Source: the human T2T-CHM13v2.0 reference genome, Homo sapiens
Length of the DNA: 64,000 bases
Strand: one strand, 5' to 3'
Assembly: GCF_009914755.1 (NCBI RefSeq)
Contig: NC_060928.1
Below the pieces are notes generated by a model, which was not told the origin of the DNA, searched no databases, and saw only the letters and a program-made list of their open reading frames with translations. Position numbers and translations under genes: made by a program. Shown here in pieces: positions 1 through 15,700 of the stretch; position 1 is the first letter of the stretch, and each line of letters begins with the position of its first letter.

Positions 1-80
1 AAAAGTAAAATGAATTATCTTGCTGCTTCTATAGTATTTACATTATGAGGAGTGGCTTTCACTCCAATATGCATCATTTA

Positions 81-406
<326 letters not shown>

Positions 407-1034
407 TAATTTCCACCTTTTTGTCCTGGAATTTCAACTAATGAAAAGACACATGCTAGTCTGAATTACTATTTGATAAAAACCTGACTAGATACATGTT
501 ATTATTTATGGGGTAATATTTTAAATCTTCACTTCAAAAGAAACAGTAGAATTTTACGTCTAGTATCATCCCTAAGGCAGAATTTCTTACGATTACTATG
601 AAAACACCTTAATTCACCCTGTAAATAAGTTTTATCATTTTGTCTAAATTTGTTAGTGTTTGTCTGTGTCCCCCAGTTTATTTCTTCAGTTTTTTTTTTC
701 TTGAATGTCTGATCACTACCCTGGTTTCTAGTTATTAGAAAAATATATGAGGCTACATGTGTGGGCTGTGGTTGGAAGGGGGTCATCATTGTTTACATGT
801 TCTTGCTGCAGTCAGCTCACTTTGGTACTTGGCAGTGGCAGCTTTTCTTGCCTGTGGCTGCACCCTTATTCTGTGAGATGGAAGAAGATACCACACTATT
901 TAAATTGATTTTCTTTTTTAAAACTTCAAAAAAGTTTAAAAATATTCTTGGTAACTGGCAATATTTAAATTCAAGTACATTGTACCTTGTGACTCCATGT
1001 AATGCCTTTTTATATCTATTTCCTTTCACTACAG

Positions 1035-1177
1035 GAATAACTTGACTGTTATTGACATGATTGGCGTGGAAGGATTTGGAGCAAGAGAGTTATTAAAAGT
1101 GGGTGGAAGACTTCCTGGTGCAGGAGGCTCACTCCGATTTAAGGTGCCCGAGTCCACGCTGATGGACTGCCGTAGAC
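1035..1177 (+). CDS. TMEM131L: TMEM131L internal coding exon (A; first in window)
   Basis: ttcactacag|GAATAAC...CGTAGAC|gtgagt; reads [51 protein letters not shown]131-family lumenal region; phase-compatible with next exon. Confidence 0.93.
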
Positions 1178-1437
1178 GTGAGTTCATATGTGTGGCACTC
1201 TGACAGGGGAGGTTGGCATTAAAGCTGAGAGTGAAAGGATTCTATAAATTCTAAATTTTAAATTCTAAAATTTTAAATTTTTAAATTCTAAAAATTTATA
1301 GTAAATTCATTGTATTGATGCAAATAATTAGGCAAACATTTGTGCATATATAGGCTGGTACCCCTGGATTAGAGTGGTATCTTTAGATATTTAACTCAAC
1401 TTAGATAATAGACATAAGTTAGATAGTGGTGCAGGCC

Positions 1438-1861
1438 TTTATTAGTCTGTTCTCATATTGCTGTAAAGAAATTCCTGAAACTGGGTAATTTATGAACAAA
1501 AGAGTTTTAATTGGCTCATGGCTCTGCAGGTTGTGTAGGAAGCATGATGCTGGCATCCGCTCAGCTTCTGAGGAAGCCTCAGGAAACTTACAATTATGAC
1601 AGATGATGAAGGGAAAGCAGGCACATCTTACATAGCTAAAGCAGGAGCACGAGAGGGGAGAAGGTGTCACACACTTTTAAACAACCAGATCTCACGACAA
1701 CTCACTATCACAATGACAGCATTGCGGGAGTCGGGGGAGGGTGCTAAACCATGAGAGACCACCCCCATGATCCATTGACCTCCCATCAGGTCCCACCTCC
1801 AACATTGGGGATTAGAATTGAACATGAGATTTTGGTGAGGACGCAGATCCAAACCGTATCA
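1438..1861 (-). mobile_element. MST-type MaLR LTR inserted into a monomeric Alu (FLAM-like, 1424-1975)
   Basis: t(t)tattagtctgttctc...ccaaaccgtatca; Alu-like sequence on both sides (gtggtgcaggcc / gcacctgtagtcccagctactc). Confidence 0.8.
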
Positions 1862-2119
1862 GCACCTGTAGTCCCAGCTACTCAAGAGGCTAGGGTGAGA
1901 GAATCACTTGAGCTTAGGAGTTTTAGGCCAACCTGAGCAACACAGCAAGACCCCCTCTCTAAAACAAACAAAAAAGATACAGAGGGAAAAAAGATTGTGT
2001 AATTGCTAAATTATCAGAGTACTGTTAAATATTTAAAATAAATACATGAAGCAGTTAATTTGGCTGTCAGTTACCTAACCACAGAAAATCACTGAAATGA
2101 TGACTGGAGAAAACATCAA

Positions 2120-2926
<807 letters not shown>

Positions 2927-3236
2927 GATTTAGAAATACATTAACATGTTGCACTAGAAAATTTTAAAATTATGCATGTATTTAAACGAAATGCCTTTAA
3001 ACTACTTATGTTAGTTTCAGCAACTTCCTCAGGAACTGAAACAGAAATAAACAATGTAAAATGCTTTTAGTGAATTCTTATTTTCCTATTACTATTTTTA
3101 ATTTTATAAAAACACAGAAAGCATTTTAGTGTAACTATGTTTTCTACAGAGAAACCTGGCTGGTGAAACCATTGGATAATTTGCAGGACTATTTTAATGG
3201 CTGAGCAGATTTTTGTTTGTTTGTTTTAGAAAACTA

Positions 3237-3569
<333 letters not shown>

Positions 3570-3692
3570 GATTTGTTAGTAATTTTACATTCCGAATTCT
3601 TCTTTACAATATTTATTATTCCATTTATTCATTCAGTTATTTAGAATTGACTTTGAATGATAGAATTAAGAAGTAATATAAAAACTATAGAA

Positions 3693-3985
3693 CCAGACCT
3701 GTCGCCATAGCTCATGCCTGTAATCCCAGCACTTTAGGTTTCTGAGGTTGGAGGATTGCTTGAGCCCAGGAGTTCAAGGCCAGCCTGGGCAACATAGTGA
3801 GCCCCATCTCTACAAAAAATTAATTACCTGGCTGTGGTGGAGTGTGCCTGTAGTCCTAGCTACTTGGGAGGCTAAGGTCAGAGGATTGTTGGAGTCCAGG
3901 AGTTCAAGGCTGCAGTGAGCTATGATCTCACCACTATACTCCAGCCTGGGCAACAGAGTGAGACCCTGTGTCTAAAACAAACAAA
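3693..3985 (+). mobile_element. Alu (AluJ-like)
   Basis: Dimeric Alu. Confidence 0.88.
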
Positions 3986-4597
3986 CACCTGTAGAACCAG
4001 ATAAAATATTAGTCCTTATGTGGGATAGATTGTGTGTTATAAATTCACAAGGATATTTAAAAATTGTCATAATCTTTCTTTTTTCAAACTCAGTATAAAA
4101 TGTGTTCTCATAATAGTATAGCACATGTTTGAACTGTGTTTCTAGCAGCTGTGATGGATTTATACAGAAGCACTTATACATCCTCTTAACTGGTGCCTGG
4201 TTCAATGTGAGTGAGAATTACAGGGCATGGGGCATATGGTGGCTTATAGTAAGTAAATCAAACTATTTGACTTTTGAGAAGAACCAACTTTTAACCTTAA
4301 CCTTTAACAAGTAAAGGGACCAAAGAAGAGATTTTAGTTACTTTTTGTATCTTGGTAGAGCATTTCATGTAAGAAAAGTCTTGCCTACTTAAGTATCTCT
4401 GTTATATCCTAGAACAGAATCTATAATTGTTCTAGAAATTAGGTAGAAATCATTCTTTGAGCTTATGTTGGATTTTTTTCGCATTTTAGTCATGTAGATC
4501 ATGGTTTGGTTTATTCAATAAATATCGATCCAATAAATTATTTTAAATAAATTTTATAGTTCACATATACTAAATATCTTTTTTTGGTTCCCATTAG

Positions 4598-4784
4598 AAC
4601 TGAAAGACAGTAAGCAAATTTTATCTATTACAAAGAACTTTAAAGTTGAGAATATTGGACCTCTTCCTATAACTGTTTCGTCTCTGAAAATTAATGGGTA
4701 TAACTGCCAAGGTTATGGATTCGAGGTGCTGGATTGTCATCAGTTTTCCCTGGACCCAAACACATCCCGCGATATCAGCATTGT
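4598..4784 (+). CDS. TMEM131L: TMEM131L coding exon B
   Basis: cccattag|AACTG...ATTGT|gtaagc; (Q)[61 protein letters not shown](V). Confidence 0.93.
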
Positions 4785-4987
4785 GTAAGCATTGGGCTTT
4801 AACTTGATTTCAGTTTTGTGGTGCGTTTAACAATGTGAGGAGGAAAACTTTTTCTATTGTTAAGACATCTTATGTTGTTTTAATGTAAATATTTCTTTTG
4901 TAGGAGTATGATGTGTTGTCATTATTTTGCCTTGTGGCTAAAATCAAAACAATTAAAAGTTCATAAAGATGACTCTTTTATTTTCAG

Positions 4988-5173
4988 GTTCACTCCAGAC
5001 TTTACCTCCTCCTGGGTAATTCGGGACCTAAGTCTTGTAACCGCAGCGGACCTAGAATTTCGCTTCACTCTCAATGTGACTCTCCCTCATCACCTGTTGC
5101 CCTTGTGTGCAGACGTGGTTCCAGGACCCAGCTGGGAGGAGTCATTTTGGAGGCTCACGGTCTTCTTTGTCAG
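4988..5173 (+). CDS. TMEM131L: TMEM131L coding exon C (start of transmembrane helix)
   Basis: ttttcag|GTTCACT...GTCAG|gtaaac; [16 protein letters not shown]...[17 protein letters not shown], matches ORF 4908..5177. Confidence 0.93.
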
Positions 5174-5748
5174 GTAAACCACTACTGTCTCCCTTGTTCT
5201 CTCACTGAGTAGAGAAGTCATCCAGGCAAGTTGTGTGAAAACGTGAACTGCCCGAGTGTAGTCAAAGTATATGAATTGAGTGGAATTGTTACTGCTTCAA
5301 GAACTGTGACATCCATGAAGTATTCACTGGTACACTTTAAGGTTATAGTAAACTAATCGTAAGAGAGTCATAGGACCTAGAAGTATCATAGACAGTTGTG
5401 CTCCATATATAGTGTGTTCATAGGCAGTCATGGTGGATGATATGAATGTTAATTACTTGTGTTAGCTCATGCAGTGATGATTTGAGATTAGGAGGCTGGA
5501 ATGACCCTTTTTGAGTGATTTCATAAAAATGGAATTGTAATGTCAAATTTATAAATATGCACAATTTTGGAAACTTTTGTGTGTGTGTTTAAGGAACATC
5601 AGAAATTATGTGATAAATCTTAGGGAATTTTAATACTGCATCTTCAGATGTTTTTCGTAAATCATTCCCCACTCTTCTGTAATGAAACTAGTCTTTTGAA
5701 TGCCAGTCAGAACCATGCAATACTGAACCTTGTTGCTTTCTTCCTCAG

Positions 5749-5898
5749 TTTGTCCCTGTTGGGTGTGATTTTAATAGCCTTCCAACAAGCACAGTACATT
5801 CTCATGGAATTCATGAAAACAAGACAGAGGCAAAATGCTAGCTCCTCTTCACAGCAAAACAATGGTCCTATGGATGTAATCAGCCCCCATTCTTACAA
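5749..5898 (+). CDS. TMEM131L: TMEM131L coding exon D (end of transmembrane helix)
   Basis: ttcctcag|TTTG...TACAA|gtaaga; [28 protein letters not shown]...PHSY. Confidence 0.93.
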
Positions 5899-6247
5899 GT
5901 AAGAATTCTTATAGTGTGGTTGGGAGCGGGGGCGGTTTCTCACTTTTGATATTACTCATTTCTGATTTAATTTTAAGTAAACATAAATTTTGATTCTACA
6001 TTTGCTTTCATAAAATTTTAAGTCATTATGTGAACAGCTGCCCCATTATTATTATGAGATAGTCTCCATGCAAGGACTTAGTTGATGGGTATTCTCATTG
6101 GCAGAAAACTCTTGGAGCTTTGGAAGAAGGGAAGGTAAAACTTACACTCAGTACTGATTGCTACCCTTTTCTCATGGATATGGAAGCAGACAAGTAGAGT
6201 TTGATTTGATTTGCCTCTATGCTAAATGTTTTTCTTCTTAAATTCAG

Positions 6248-6876
6248 AAGCAATTGCAAGAACTTTCTCGATACATATGGCCCCTCTGATAAAGGCAGGG
6301 GGAAGAACTGCCTTCCAGTGAACACTCCCCAAAGCAGGATCCAGAATGCTGCAAAGAGGAGCCCAGCCACCTATGGTCATTCTCAGAAGAAGCACAAATG
6401 CTCAGTGTATTACAGTAAACACAAAACCAGCACAGCTGCGGCCAGCAGCACCAGCACGACTACTGAGGAAAAACAGACTTCACCCCTGGGCAGCTCACTG
6501 CCTGCTGCTAAAGAGGACATTTGCACTGATGCCATGCGTGAGAACTGGATCAGCCTCAGATATGCAAGTGGCATAAATGTCAACCTGCAGAAGAATTTAA
6601 CCCTTCCCAAAAACTTACTGAATAAAGAAGAAAACACACTGAAAAACACAATTGTTTTCAGTAATCCTTCTTCAGAATGTAGTATGAAGGAGGGAATACA
6701 GACATGTATGTTTCCTAAGGAAACTGACATTAAAACTTCAGAGAACACAGCCGAGTTCAAGGAACGGGAGCTCTGTCCACTGAAGACCTCCAAGAAACTA
6801 CCTGAAAACCATTTACCAAGAAACTCACCTCAGTACCACCAGCCAGACTTGCCAGAAATTTCCAGGAAAAATAATG
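6248..6876 (+). CDS. TMEM131L: TMEM131L large coding exon E (629 nt, cytoplasmic tail)
   Basis: aattcag|AAGCAAT...AATAATG|gtaatc; inside ORF 6219..6980 ([11 protein letters not shown]...EISRKNN); tandem CAGAAG acceptor. Confidence 0.93.
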
Positions 6877-7148
6877 GTAATCTTTTCATCCCCTTTGATA
6901 ATTCTCTCCTGTTTGTACCCAGTCTGTTTTTAATGGAATTGTTCTCACCTGTGACCGTTAGTTTTAATTGTGGATGCTGAGTTTTAGCAAAGGTTTAAAT
7001 ATTGAAAAAAGACAAAATGAAAAGTTCAAGACAAGACATCAAGCTTTTAAAATGTTGTGACTAAGAGGTTTAAATTTTAGTACATAAGTTTAGAAGACTA
7101 TGAATATCATATTTTCTTGTTGGGATGGACATGGACACCTTTTTCTAA

Positions 7149-7448
<300 letters not shown>

Positions 7449-7774
7449 TAAATTATTTTTTTTAGCTCAGATTTTCAGACTATCTGTAAAAATTAATCAG
7501 CCCATGAAATGTTTCTGACTGAACAAAACTTCAGCTATTTTATTTAACAGCTGCCACCATCTCAGGTTGCCTGGCCCTGGTTCTTCTCTAATTGTATTCC
7601 TTGGTTAAAAGAAGACAGATGTTCTCATGTACCAAAAACAGTTAAGGAAAATACAAGCCAAAGTAGACTAGGAGGATGACCTCCATTGGGAATTGTCATT
7701 ATCCTTTAATAGATCCCTTTGGCCTCTAGCATAAGGGCCTGTGCTTATTTATTTTCTTTTTTTGTCCACCCTGA

Positions 7775-8100
<326 letters not shown>

Positions 8101-10292
8101 TATGGTCAGATTTTTGACAATTTTTAATCTGGAAAACTCAGTCACCTTTTGTCTTATTTGAAGCATCTAAATATAACTTCATCTTTTTCACTTCTTGATA
8201 TTGGAGAAGAGGTACAGAAATATTATGGATTGACTACTTCTGATGAGCTTTTATGCATTTGGTGAAAATCCTCAACTGAATTTTAAATGTTCTGTATAAG
8301 GACATTTCTAATTTAAAAGAAAGTTGGAGTCCTCTGAGGGGAATGTGGTCTAGGCAGCTGCACACATGCATTCTTGGTGCATTTAGTCCAACCCGTTTGT
8401 ACCGTTTCCCCTGGCAGTGGTGCACACGCCTGAAGTGGACTTATGTCTGCAGGGTGGACACTGTGCCCTGTCTCCTCCACCTGGCGTGTGAGTATGCCCC
8501 CTGGTAATGCAGTTCACCCAGATCTTCAAATCAAACCATGGCATACCTTGTCTGTGGATGTATTATGATGGGGTGATTGGGTGTCTTATTCTGTTTCTCT
8601 CCCAGACACTCTCTGGGGTCTAGAATACAAAACATTTGTGAAAAGGTGAATTATGGAGTGAGTCCTGTTGGACATTTCCCCTGTTACGTGAGTCTTTTAG
8701 GCTTGAGCACAGTCTTTGACATAGGATGACTTTGCACACACTTGAAATTAGAGTTGAGGGAATCCTCCCTCCAGAAGTGCTTCTTCTGTGATCGCTTGTG
8801 CCCACAAGAGATATGTGCCTGCAAGATGCAATGCCCGTGGCAGTGTGGTAGATGGATGGGAGGGACCTTCTATATCTTAATACTTTAAAGCAGTTGAAAT
8901 ATAAAGGCATGGATGAGAAATGTAGTGTCAGAGTAGGTCAGAGGATTTGAATTCTTCTTCAGGATCCTCCTGTCTAGTACTTGACATTCAATGCCAATAG
9001 CTGAGCCAAGATGAGCAGGTAATAACACTTTAATAAGCGTGAGTAAATTTAATATGGGAGTCTGGAAACATAGAGTTTGCCTGTATCATTGTAGATGGTA
9101 AACCTGCCCAGAATCTTTCCTTCCTGTACAGATTACTAGTATGCTTATAATGTTTTAAATGGCAACAAATCTTTCACTGCCAGAATTTAAAAATACTGTT
9201 TGGCTGGATCAGCAGCATGTTAAGTGGTACCAGAGTGATTGTTGATCAGATCAAGTAAGAGCTGAGGAAAGAACTTTTGCTTTCCACCATGTTCAGACCA
9301 GCAAATTCAGAGGTGCTAATTCACAGTCCTCTACGTGTCTGCAGAAGTTATATGTTAGCAGGAGATTCCTCCCAGGGAAGTTTGTACATGGACATGCATT
9401 TTGTTCTGACTGTTTTATGTTCACAGCACTGTCCTGGGAAAATATCCGAGATGTTAAAAAGTGAATAAATTGCCTGCTATCCATGTACAATTTAAAATTG
9501 TTCAAGAATTTTAAATATTAAAAATAAGAAAGGACTGAAAAATCTAGGTAAAGATAATTATAGTCTGAAGGGAGGGTTTGGAGTTTTTTTAGTAATATTA
9601 AGGGTTTGGGGCTCTGTTGAATTTCAGAGGAAAGCATTGCAATAACTTGGCAAATGATAAACGCGTATAATTGACAGGTAAGTCACAAGTGCAAAGAATG
9701 CTTGAGAATGAGAAAAGCATATATATAAGAACCTTTAAGTTTTTACTTCCAGCTTTGAGCATTAGTTCTTTGCTAGTTTTGAAAAGTATTTTACTTTGTG
9801 AAATGTGTGCTGTTTCCATTGTAAGATCTTTTCTAGAATCTGAAGAAAACAGCTTGGTCTTTGAGCTGGACTCAACCTGCCTGATAGCTGAGAATCCTAA
9901 GTGCCAGTCATGTTGTCTCCTGTGTGACTGGCAGTTAGGATTCCAGCAGAATGGGAACTCACTCAGTGTGTTTGCCACATTTTAGCCATTTCTCCCAAAG
10001 TATACAAATGGTCTGTAGAAACCATTCTAGTCATAAGATTGCCTTTAAAGGGAAAAAGGGAAAGGTGGGGACAGTCCCGCCTCTTAAGAATACCTTAAGT
10101 GATTTTCCTAACTATCAGAACTCCTGGAGGCACCTGAATAATCTGCCTTCTCCTATTCTGAGGCTTCCCCCCACCCCCAGGTGTAGCTTATTGTGTGAGA
10201 AGAAAATGTTCTAGGGTATGTATGAATGGCTTTGACTACATACTTGCCATCAAGAAACATAATATTTTGTAAGTAATAGAAAATGTGTCATA

Positions 10293-10613
<321 letters not shown>

Positions 10614-11543
10614 CTACTCCATTTCCCCTGCCTGCTTCGGAGAGGCCTGTAGTAAATAATTAATTAAAATTCTCAATAGAAATAAAGTCTGCTGACATTC
10701 TTTAGGGCTCTGTTTTTCTACACTTGTTTTTTGGCATCAACTTGTCAAACAACTATCAAACAGTTAAACTTGTCAAACATTCGTTATACGTTCCAGAACC
10801 TCTTGGTCATCTGACAAGAGTGGGGCTTTATGTGTAATGTAAATGATCTTGTGAATATAGCTCTTTTTAAATGTTTGTAACCATTTTCACTGTCTGATCA
10901 AAATAATGTAGATTAGAGTTATGGCTAAAGACAAGCTATGGTTGGCCGCAGCACTACCAAGGAGAAATAGTGAGCAAATTATTTCACGGGTTTCTACCTG
11001 TAATAATGTAAAGGTATAATTAAATTTGATAATAGCTCAAGCCTTGAGCTTAACAGTACCTGAAAGTTTTCACTGAATTACATTCCTCACCTTTCTGAAA
11101 TTATTGGTATTTGCAGAAATTCCAAAAATGTTCCTATTTACTTACAGATACTATTAACTTGAAATGAAGATTTAATGGTTTATTCAAAACAGACCACGTG
11201 ATTGTGATTAGATTTGAGACAGTACAACTTTAAGCAGGTTACTGAGGAGATCACTTGTGTCTTGTTCTTCCATTTGTTTCTGTTTTTTAACCACTTTTAA
11301 AAGGAATTACTGACCTATAAAGCTGTACATACTTAATGTATGCATCTTGATGAGTTTGGGAATAAGTGTACATCGTGAAACCATTACCACCGTGAAGGGC
11401 ATTAACATGTGCACCTCCCAACGTCTTCTCCTGCCCCCTTTATTATTATTAGTGTTCTTTCCATTTGTTTTTGATTTTTAACTGTGGTACACTCTTACTC
11501 AGTGAGGTCATGGGGAAGTTGCACACTTAATAGGATGACTTGG

Positions 11544-11923
11544 TGTATTAGGCTGTTTTTCACTGCCATAAAGAAATACCAGAGACTGGATAATTTATAA
11601 AGAGGTTTAATTGGCTCACAGTTCTGTGGGCTGTACAGGCTTCTGCTTCTGGGGAGACCTTAGGAAACACAGTTATGGTGGAGGGGTAAAGGGGAAGCAA
11701 GCACGTCTTGCATGGTGGGAGCAGGAGGAAGAGAGAGTGAAGGGGGAAGTGCTACACACTTTTAAACAACTAAATCTCGTGAGAACTCTCTCACTATCAT
11801 GAGAACAGCCAGGGAGAAGTCAGCCCCCATGATCCAGTCACCTCCCACCAGGCCCCTCCTCCAACATTGAGGATTACAATTTGACATGAGATTTGGGTGG
11901 GGACACAGAACCAAACCATATTG
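11544..11923 (-). mobile_element. MST-type MaLR solo LTR
   Basis: tgtattaggctg...ccaaaccatattg; near-TSD cttgg/catgg. Confidence 0.8.
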
Positions 11924-13889
11924 CATGGATTGGCCCCATTTGTAAATGACGTATGTGTTTGGTATCCCATATTCTTGAATGCTTTCATGTTAGAATTTCT
12001 CAGAGTCACTGCAGAACTTGTTGTTAACATTCATTTTATTGTTTGTCCTGATTCTTGGCCCCATAGAAGGCATTACTGATTTTCTAAAAGTCTGCACATT
12101 ATTACTTTTTGGGGATGGTTTTGTACTGGCTATTAAATTTGGATCCTTCCTAAGAAACTTTGATGACTAATACTTTTAGTACTATATTCTTGGCCTGAAG
12201 AAAACTTAAGGAAATCCATTTTCTCACAAATTAGGACACCAGGAGAGTAATGGCACCTATTTTTTTGAGGCAAATATCTGTATTGTATTTCATACTTATG
12301 GCTTCCAGAATCCAAAGGGATATTCTTCTTATGCTTTCTTTTTCTGGTACGGACCCTGTCTGCCTTGCTTTTGGCTGTCTGCTTTACTGTTTCATAGTGC
12401 TTGATGTTTTCCTTTGTGGATATCTAACCGCCAGTTTGTGTTTTAGAAGGAATTAAATTTCAAAGGTGATCTGTCCTAAAGAATGACTTTTAATTTTGAC
12501 AAGGTAGGAAATGGAGGGTAATGATGATTCCACAGGGCTGCTGTTAGATGCTCTTGGTTCGGAAATGCACAGGTTTGAAAGGGATCTGAAAGTTGTGTCC
12601 CAGCAGTCCTCTAAATGAAGTTGATCTAAACCCTCTAGGCAAATAGTTGACTGTCCTATAGAGACAGAAATTCCCGGGAAATAGCATTAGTAGCCTTTGA
12701 TTCAGATCTTCACTAATTCTAAGTTATTCCCGGTTATTAAAGGAAGCAGTTGATAGTGATCAGCTTTGTCTCTGGATATGACTTTGGCCATTGTATTTCC
12801 ATCACAGCCAAAAGCATTAAAAACATGCCATGATGCTTTATTTTATTTATGTAATGAGTCTGGCCAAAGGATTATTTTCTGTATTCATTTTGTGACATTT
12901 GGAGAATATAACCTTAATTTTGGGATAGAGCCCCTTTTTCTGAAAGTATAAGACCTAATATGTCCTGGTTGTACTTAAACCGTAAAAGCCTGCATTACTT
13001 TACAAGGTGTGTGCCATTTGCTTGCCTGGCATTTTTATGGTTACATAATATTTATATAGTTTTCTGTTAACCAAATAAAAGTATGTTTACCTGGTAAGTG
13101 TTATTTGAAAACTTTATGTATCTTGCTTTGAGTGAGTTTAATTTGTAGCCTCAGAATTTCAGAATCAGAGGGGACTTGACTGCTCCTTTCCTTCTGTGGG
13201 TGAGAGACCTGCCCTGCCTCAAGTCCCACAGAAGGGCTGGATTGGAGCCTCTGCTGGTAATCTGGTTAGATGTCCATCCTACCAGAGCCTGCAGTCTGCT
13301 TTGCTGGGAAATATTTGCTCTGCCCTATGGTCATCTAGACTTCTCAAATTTCAAAGGTATTGTTAGGGATTCTTAGTTCAAGAAAAAAGAAGAAGGTACT
13401 GAAATACATCGTTTCAAATTAGAAAACAGGCCAGTTATTGTGGGGTTGAAGTTCATTTGCCTTTATTGTGGGATAAGAGATAGAAGAAGTATACTTATGA
13501 AATCACTTAAAAGAAAAATGGAAGAAAACATATTTTCAGAAAAGGTTCCTCCCAGCACCCACTTTTGCCATCTGATTAATCAGCTGTTGGCTCCTCTGCC
13601 GATTGGCTGCTCCACAGGGGCAGGGCGGGCATTCACTGTAGCAGGGAGGACCTTCCATGAAACAGTCATGTGTCCTTTGGTGGGGATGCTTTACGTTTGT
13701 ATCTGTTCTGTTTTCATCTTTACAACTGTCAAACAAGAGAGGCAAGGAAGCTGGGGTTGTGTTCATTTTATAAATAAGAAAACTAAGGCACAGGCAGCTT
13801 AAGAGACTTAACTTTGACTGTAAAACTAATTAGTGGCTGTCGTGACCAGAATCCAAGTCTTTATCCTTCTCTGCCTCTTTGCCAGCTTA

Positions 13890-14462
13890 AAAACATGTAT
13901 ATATAAAATATACATCACAGAAAACTTATTTTAACCATTTTAAATTACCAAATGCAGTGGCATTAAGTATATTCACATAGTTGTGCAGCCATCACCACTG
14001 TCCATATCCTTTTCCATTTCCAGAAGTTTTAATAATCTCAGACAGTAAATCTGCACCCATTACATAATAAATACCCATTATCTCCTTTCCCCAGCCCCTG
14101 TTAACCACCAGTCTACTTTCTGTCTCTATGAATTCGATTACTCTAGCTCCCTCATGGGTGGAATCATAAAACATTTGTCCTTTCATATCTGGCTAAGTTC
14201 ACTTAGCATGATGTCTTCAAGGTTCATCCATGTTGTAGCATGTGCCAGACTTTCATTCCTTTTTTGAAAAAACCATCTTGACCATCTTAACCGTACAGTT
14301 CAGTAGTTTTAAGTATTTCACATTGTTGTGCAATGAGTCATGCTGAATGGTATTCTGTTGTATGTATATACCATATTTTGTTTATCCATTTATCCGTCAA
14401 TGGACACTTGGCATTTTCCCACCTTCTGGTTATTATGAATAATGATGCTGTGAATATTGGTG
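13890..14462 (-). mobile_element. Old L1M 3' fragments
   Basis: gtggcattaagtatattcaca, cttcaaggttcatccatgttgtagc, atggacacttgg motifs. Confidence 0.7.
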
Positions 14463-14698
14463 TCCCCCCCCCACCTTTTTCCCTTGACCTCTTTTAAAGA
14501 CTTTTTGTAGAACTCTTAATATAAGTATACTTTCATCTATGAACAAAATAAATTTCTAGAGCATCATGGATGTTAAAAACAATGCTAAATTTAATTTAAC
14601 TCTCATGAAGTCAAATTAGATGTTTGGTGTAGGAAAGAAGATGGGGAATGTGAGTGGAAACTATTAGCTAGAAATTGAATTGTTTTTGTTTATTAAAG

Positions 14699-14847
14699 GG
14701 AATAACCAGCAAGTACCTGTCAAGAATGAAGTAGATCATTGTGAAAATTTGAAGAAGGTGGACACAAAGCCTTCTTCAGAAAAGAAGATTCACAAAACAT
14801 CTAGAGAAGACATGTTTTCTGAGAAACAGGACATACCTTTCGTAGAG
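14699..14847 (+). CDS. TMEM131L: TMEM131L coding exon F
   Basis: tattaaag|GGAAT...GTAGAG|gtctgt; (G)[19 protein letters not shown]...QDIPFVE; phase 1 in, phase 0 out. Confidence 0.9.
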
Positions 14848-15239
14848 GTCTGTATTTTTTTTCTTGCCTATTAAAAACAAAATCCATTTTTAGGACTGTG
14901 TATTAAGTGAATATGTGTATTTCATATGTTTCACTGCATTTGAATCCATATTAATAACTGGTGAGTTTGATGTGTGTGTGTTCAGAGAATTTTATTTACC
15001 TTCTAATTATATAGACGTTACTACAGTAATTTTTAGAGAAACCAGATAGCTTTTACTCTGAAGAGAATCTGTTCTTAAGCAAATGGGTCATTCCTAGGTA
15101 ATGATGGCAGAGTAGAACTTGACTAACATATTCCTTCTATCTAGTTATTACTGAACATCTATATTTTAGGGCATACTCTTGCTGAGTTGTATTGCTTTTT
15201 GTCTGTCTTTGTCCTCATATCTATTATCGTCTTCTGTCT

Positions 15240-15700
15240 AAAAGATGAGAAAAGGATTCATGATATAATAGAAGAAAATTTTCCTGATATGAGGGAAGAA
15301 CTAACTTTGCAGATCAAAAGGGGACAATGTGTACAACAGGAAAAATTGATACATCATAATGGGAATAGGCACTTAGTTAAATTAATTGAACTTCAAATAT
15401 AAAGAGTTGTGCATAGACAGAAAAATCAAGAAGTACAAACTTAAGCTTGCCTCAGACTTTTCAATAGGAACATCTAACACCAGGAAACAGTGGAGCAGTA
15501 TCATTGAGAGAATGGAAATGTAAACAAAGAATATTGCATCCAGCCAAGTTAATACTCAAGTACAAAGGCAACAGGCAGACATCCTTAAATACAAATGAAA
15601 TCATAAGCTGTTCTTGTAAAATCAAGTTAACGAAATTTATCCAAGCAAGATAGAAGTTCAAATAAACACGCAGATGGAAGAAGGCATAATAAAGGTCTCT
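15240..15700 (+). mobile_element. Highly decayed L1 ORF1 remnant
   Basis: ORF 15187..15402 contains IIEENFP...LQI typical of L1 ORF1p; atattgcatccagccaagttaat motif. Confidence 0.6.

Noticed and set aside
1241-1301. AT-rich taaatt(c/t) repeat with inverted ends; likewise the 10-bp hairpin at 19170-19194
   Set aside because: Short low-complexity A/T structures expected by chance or slippage.
6410-6793. 127-aa antisense ORF over exon E
   Set aside because: Shadow of the codon bias of the sense exon; no independent signals.
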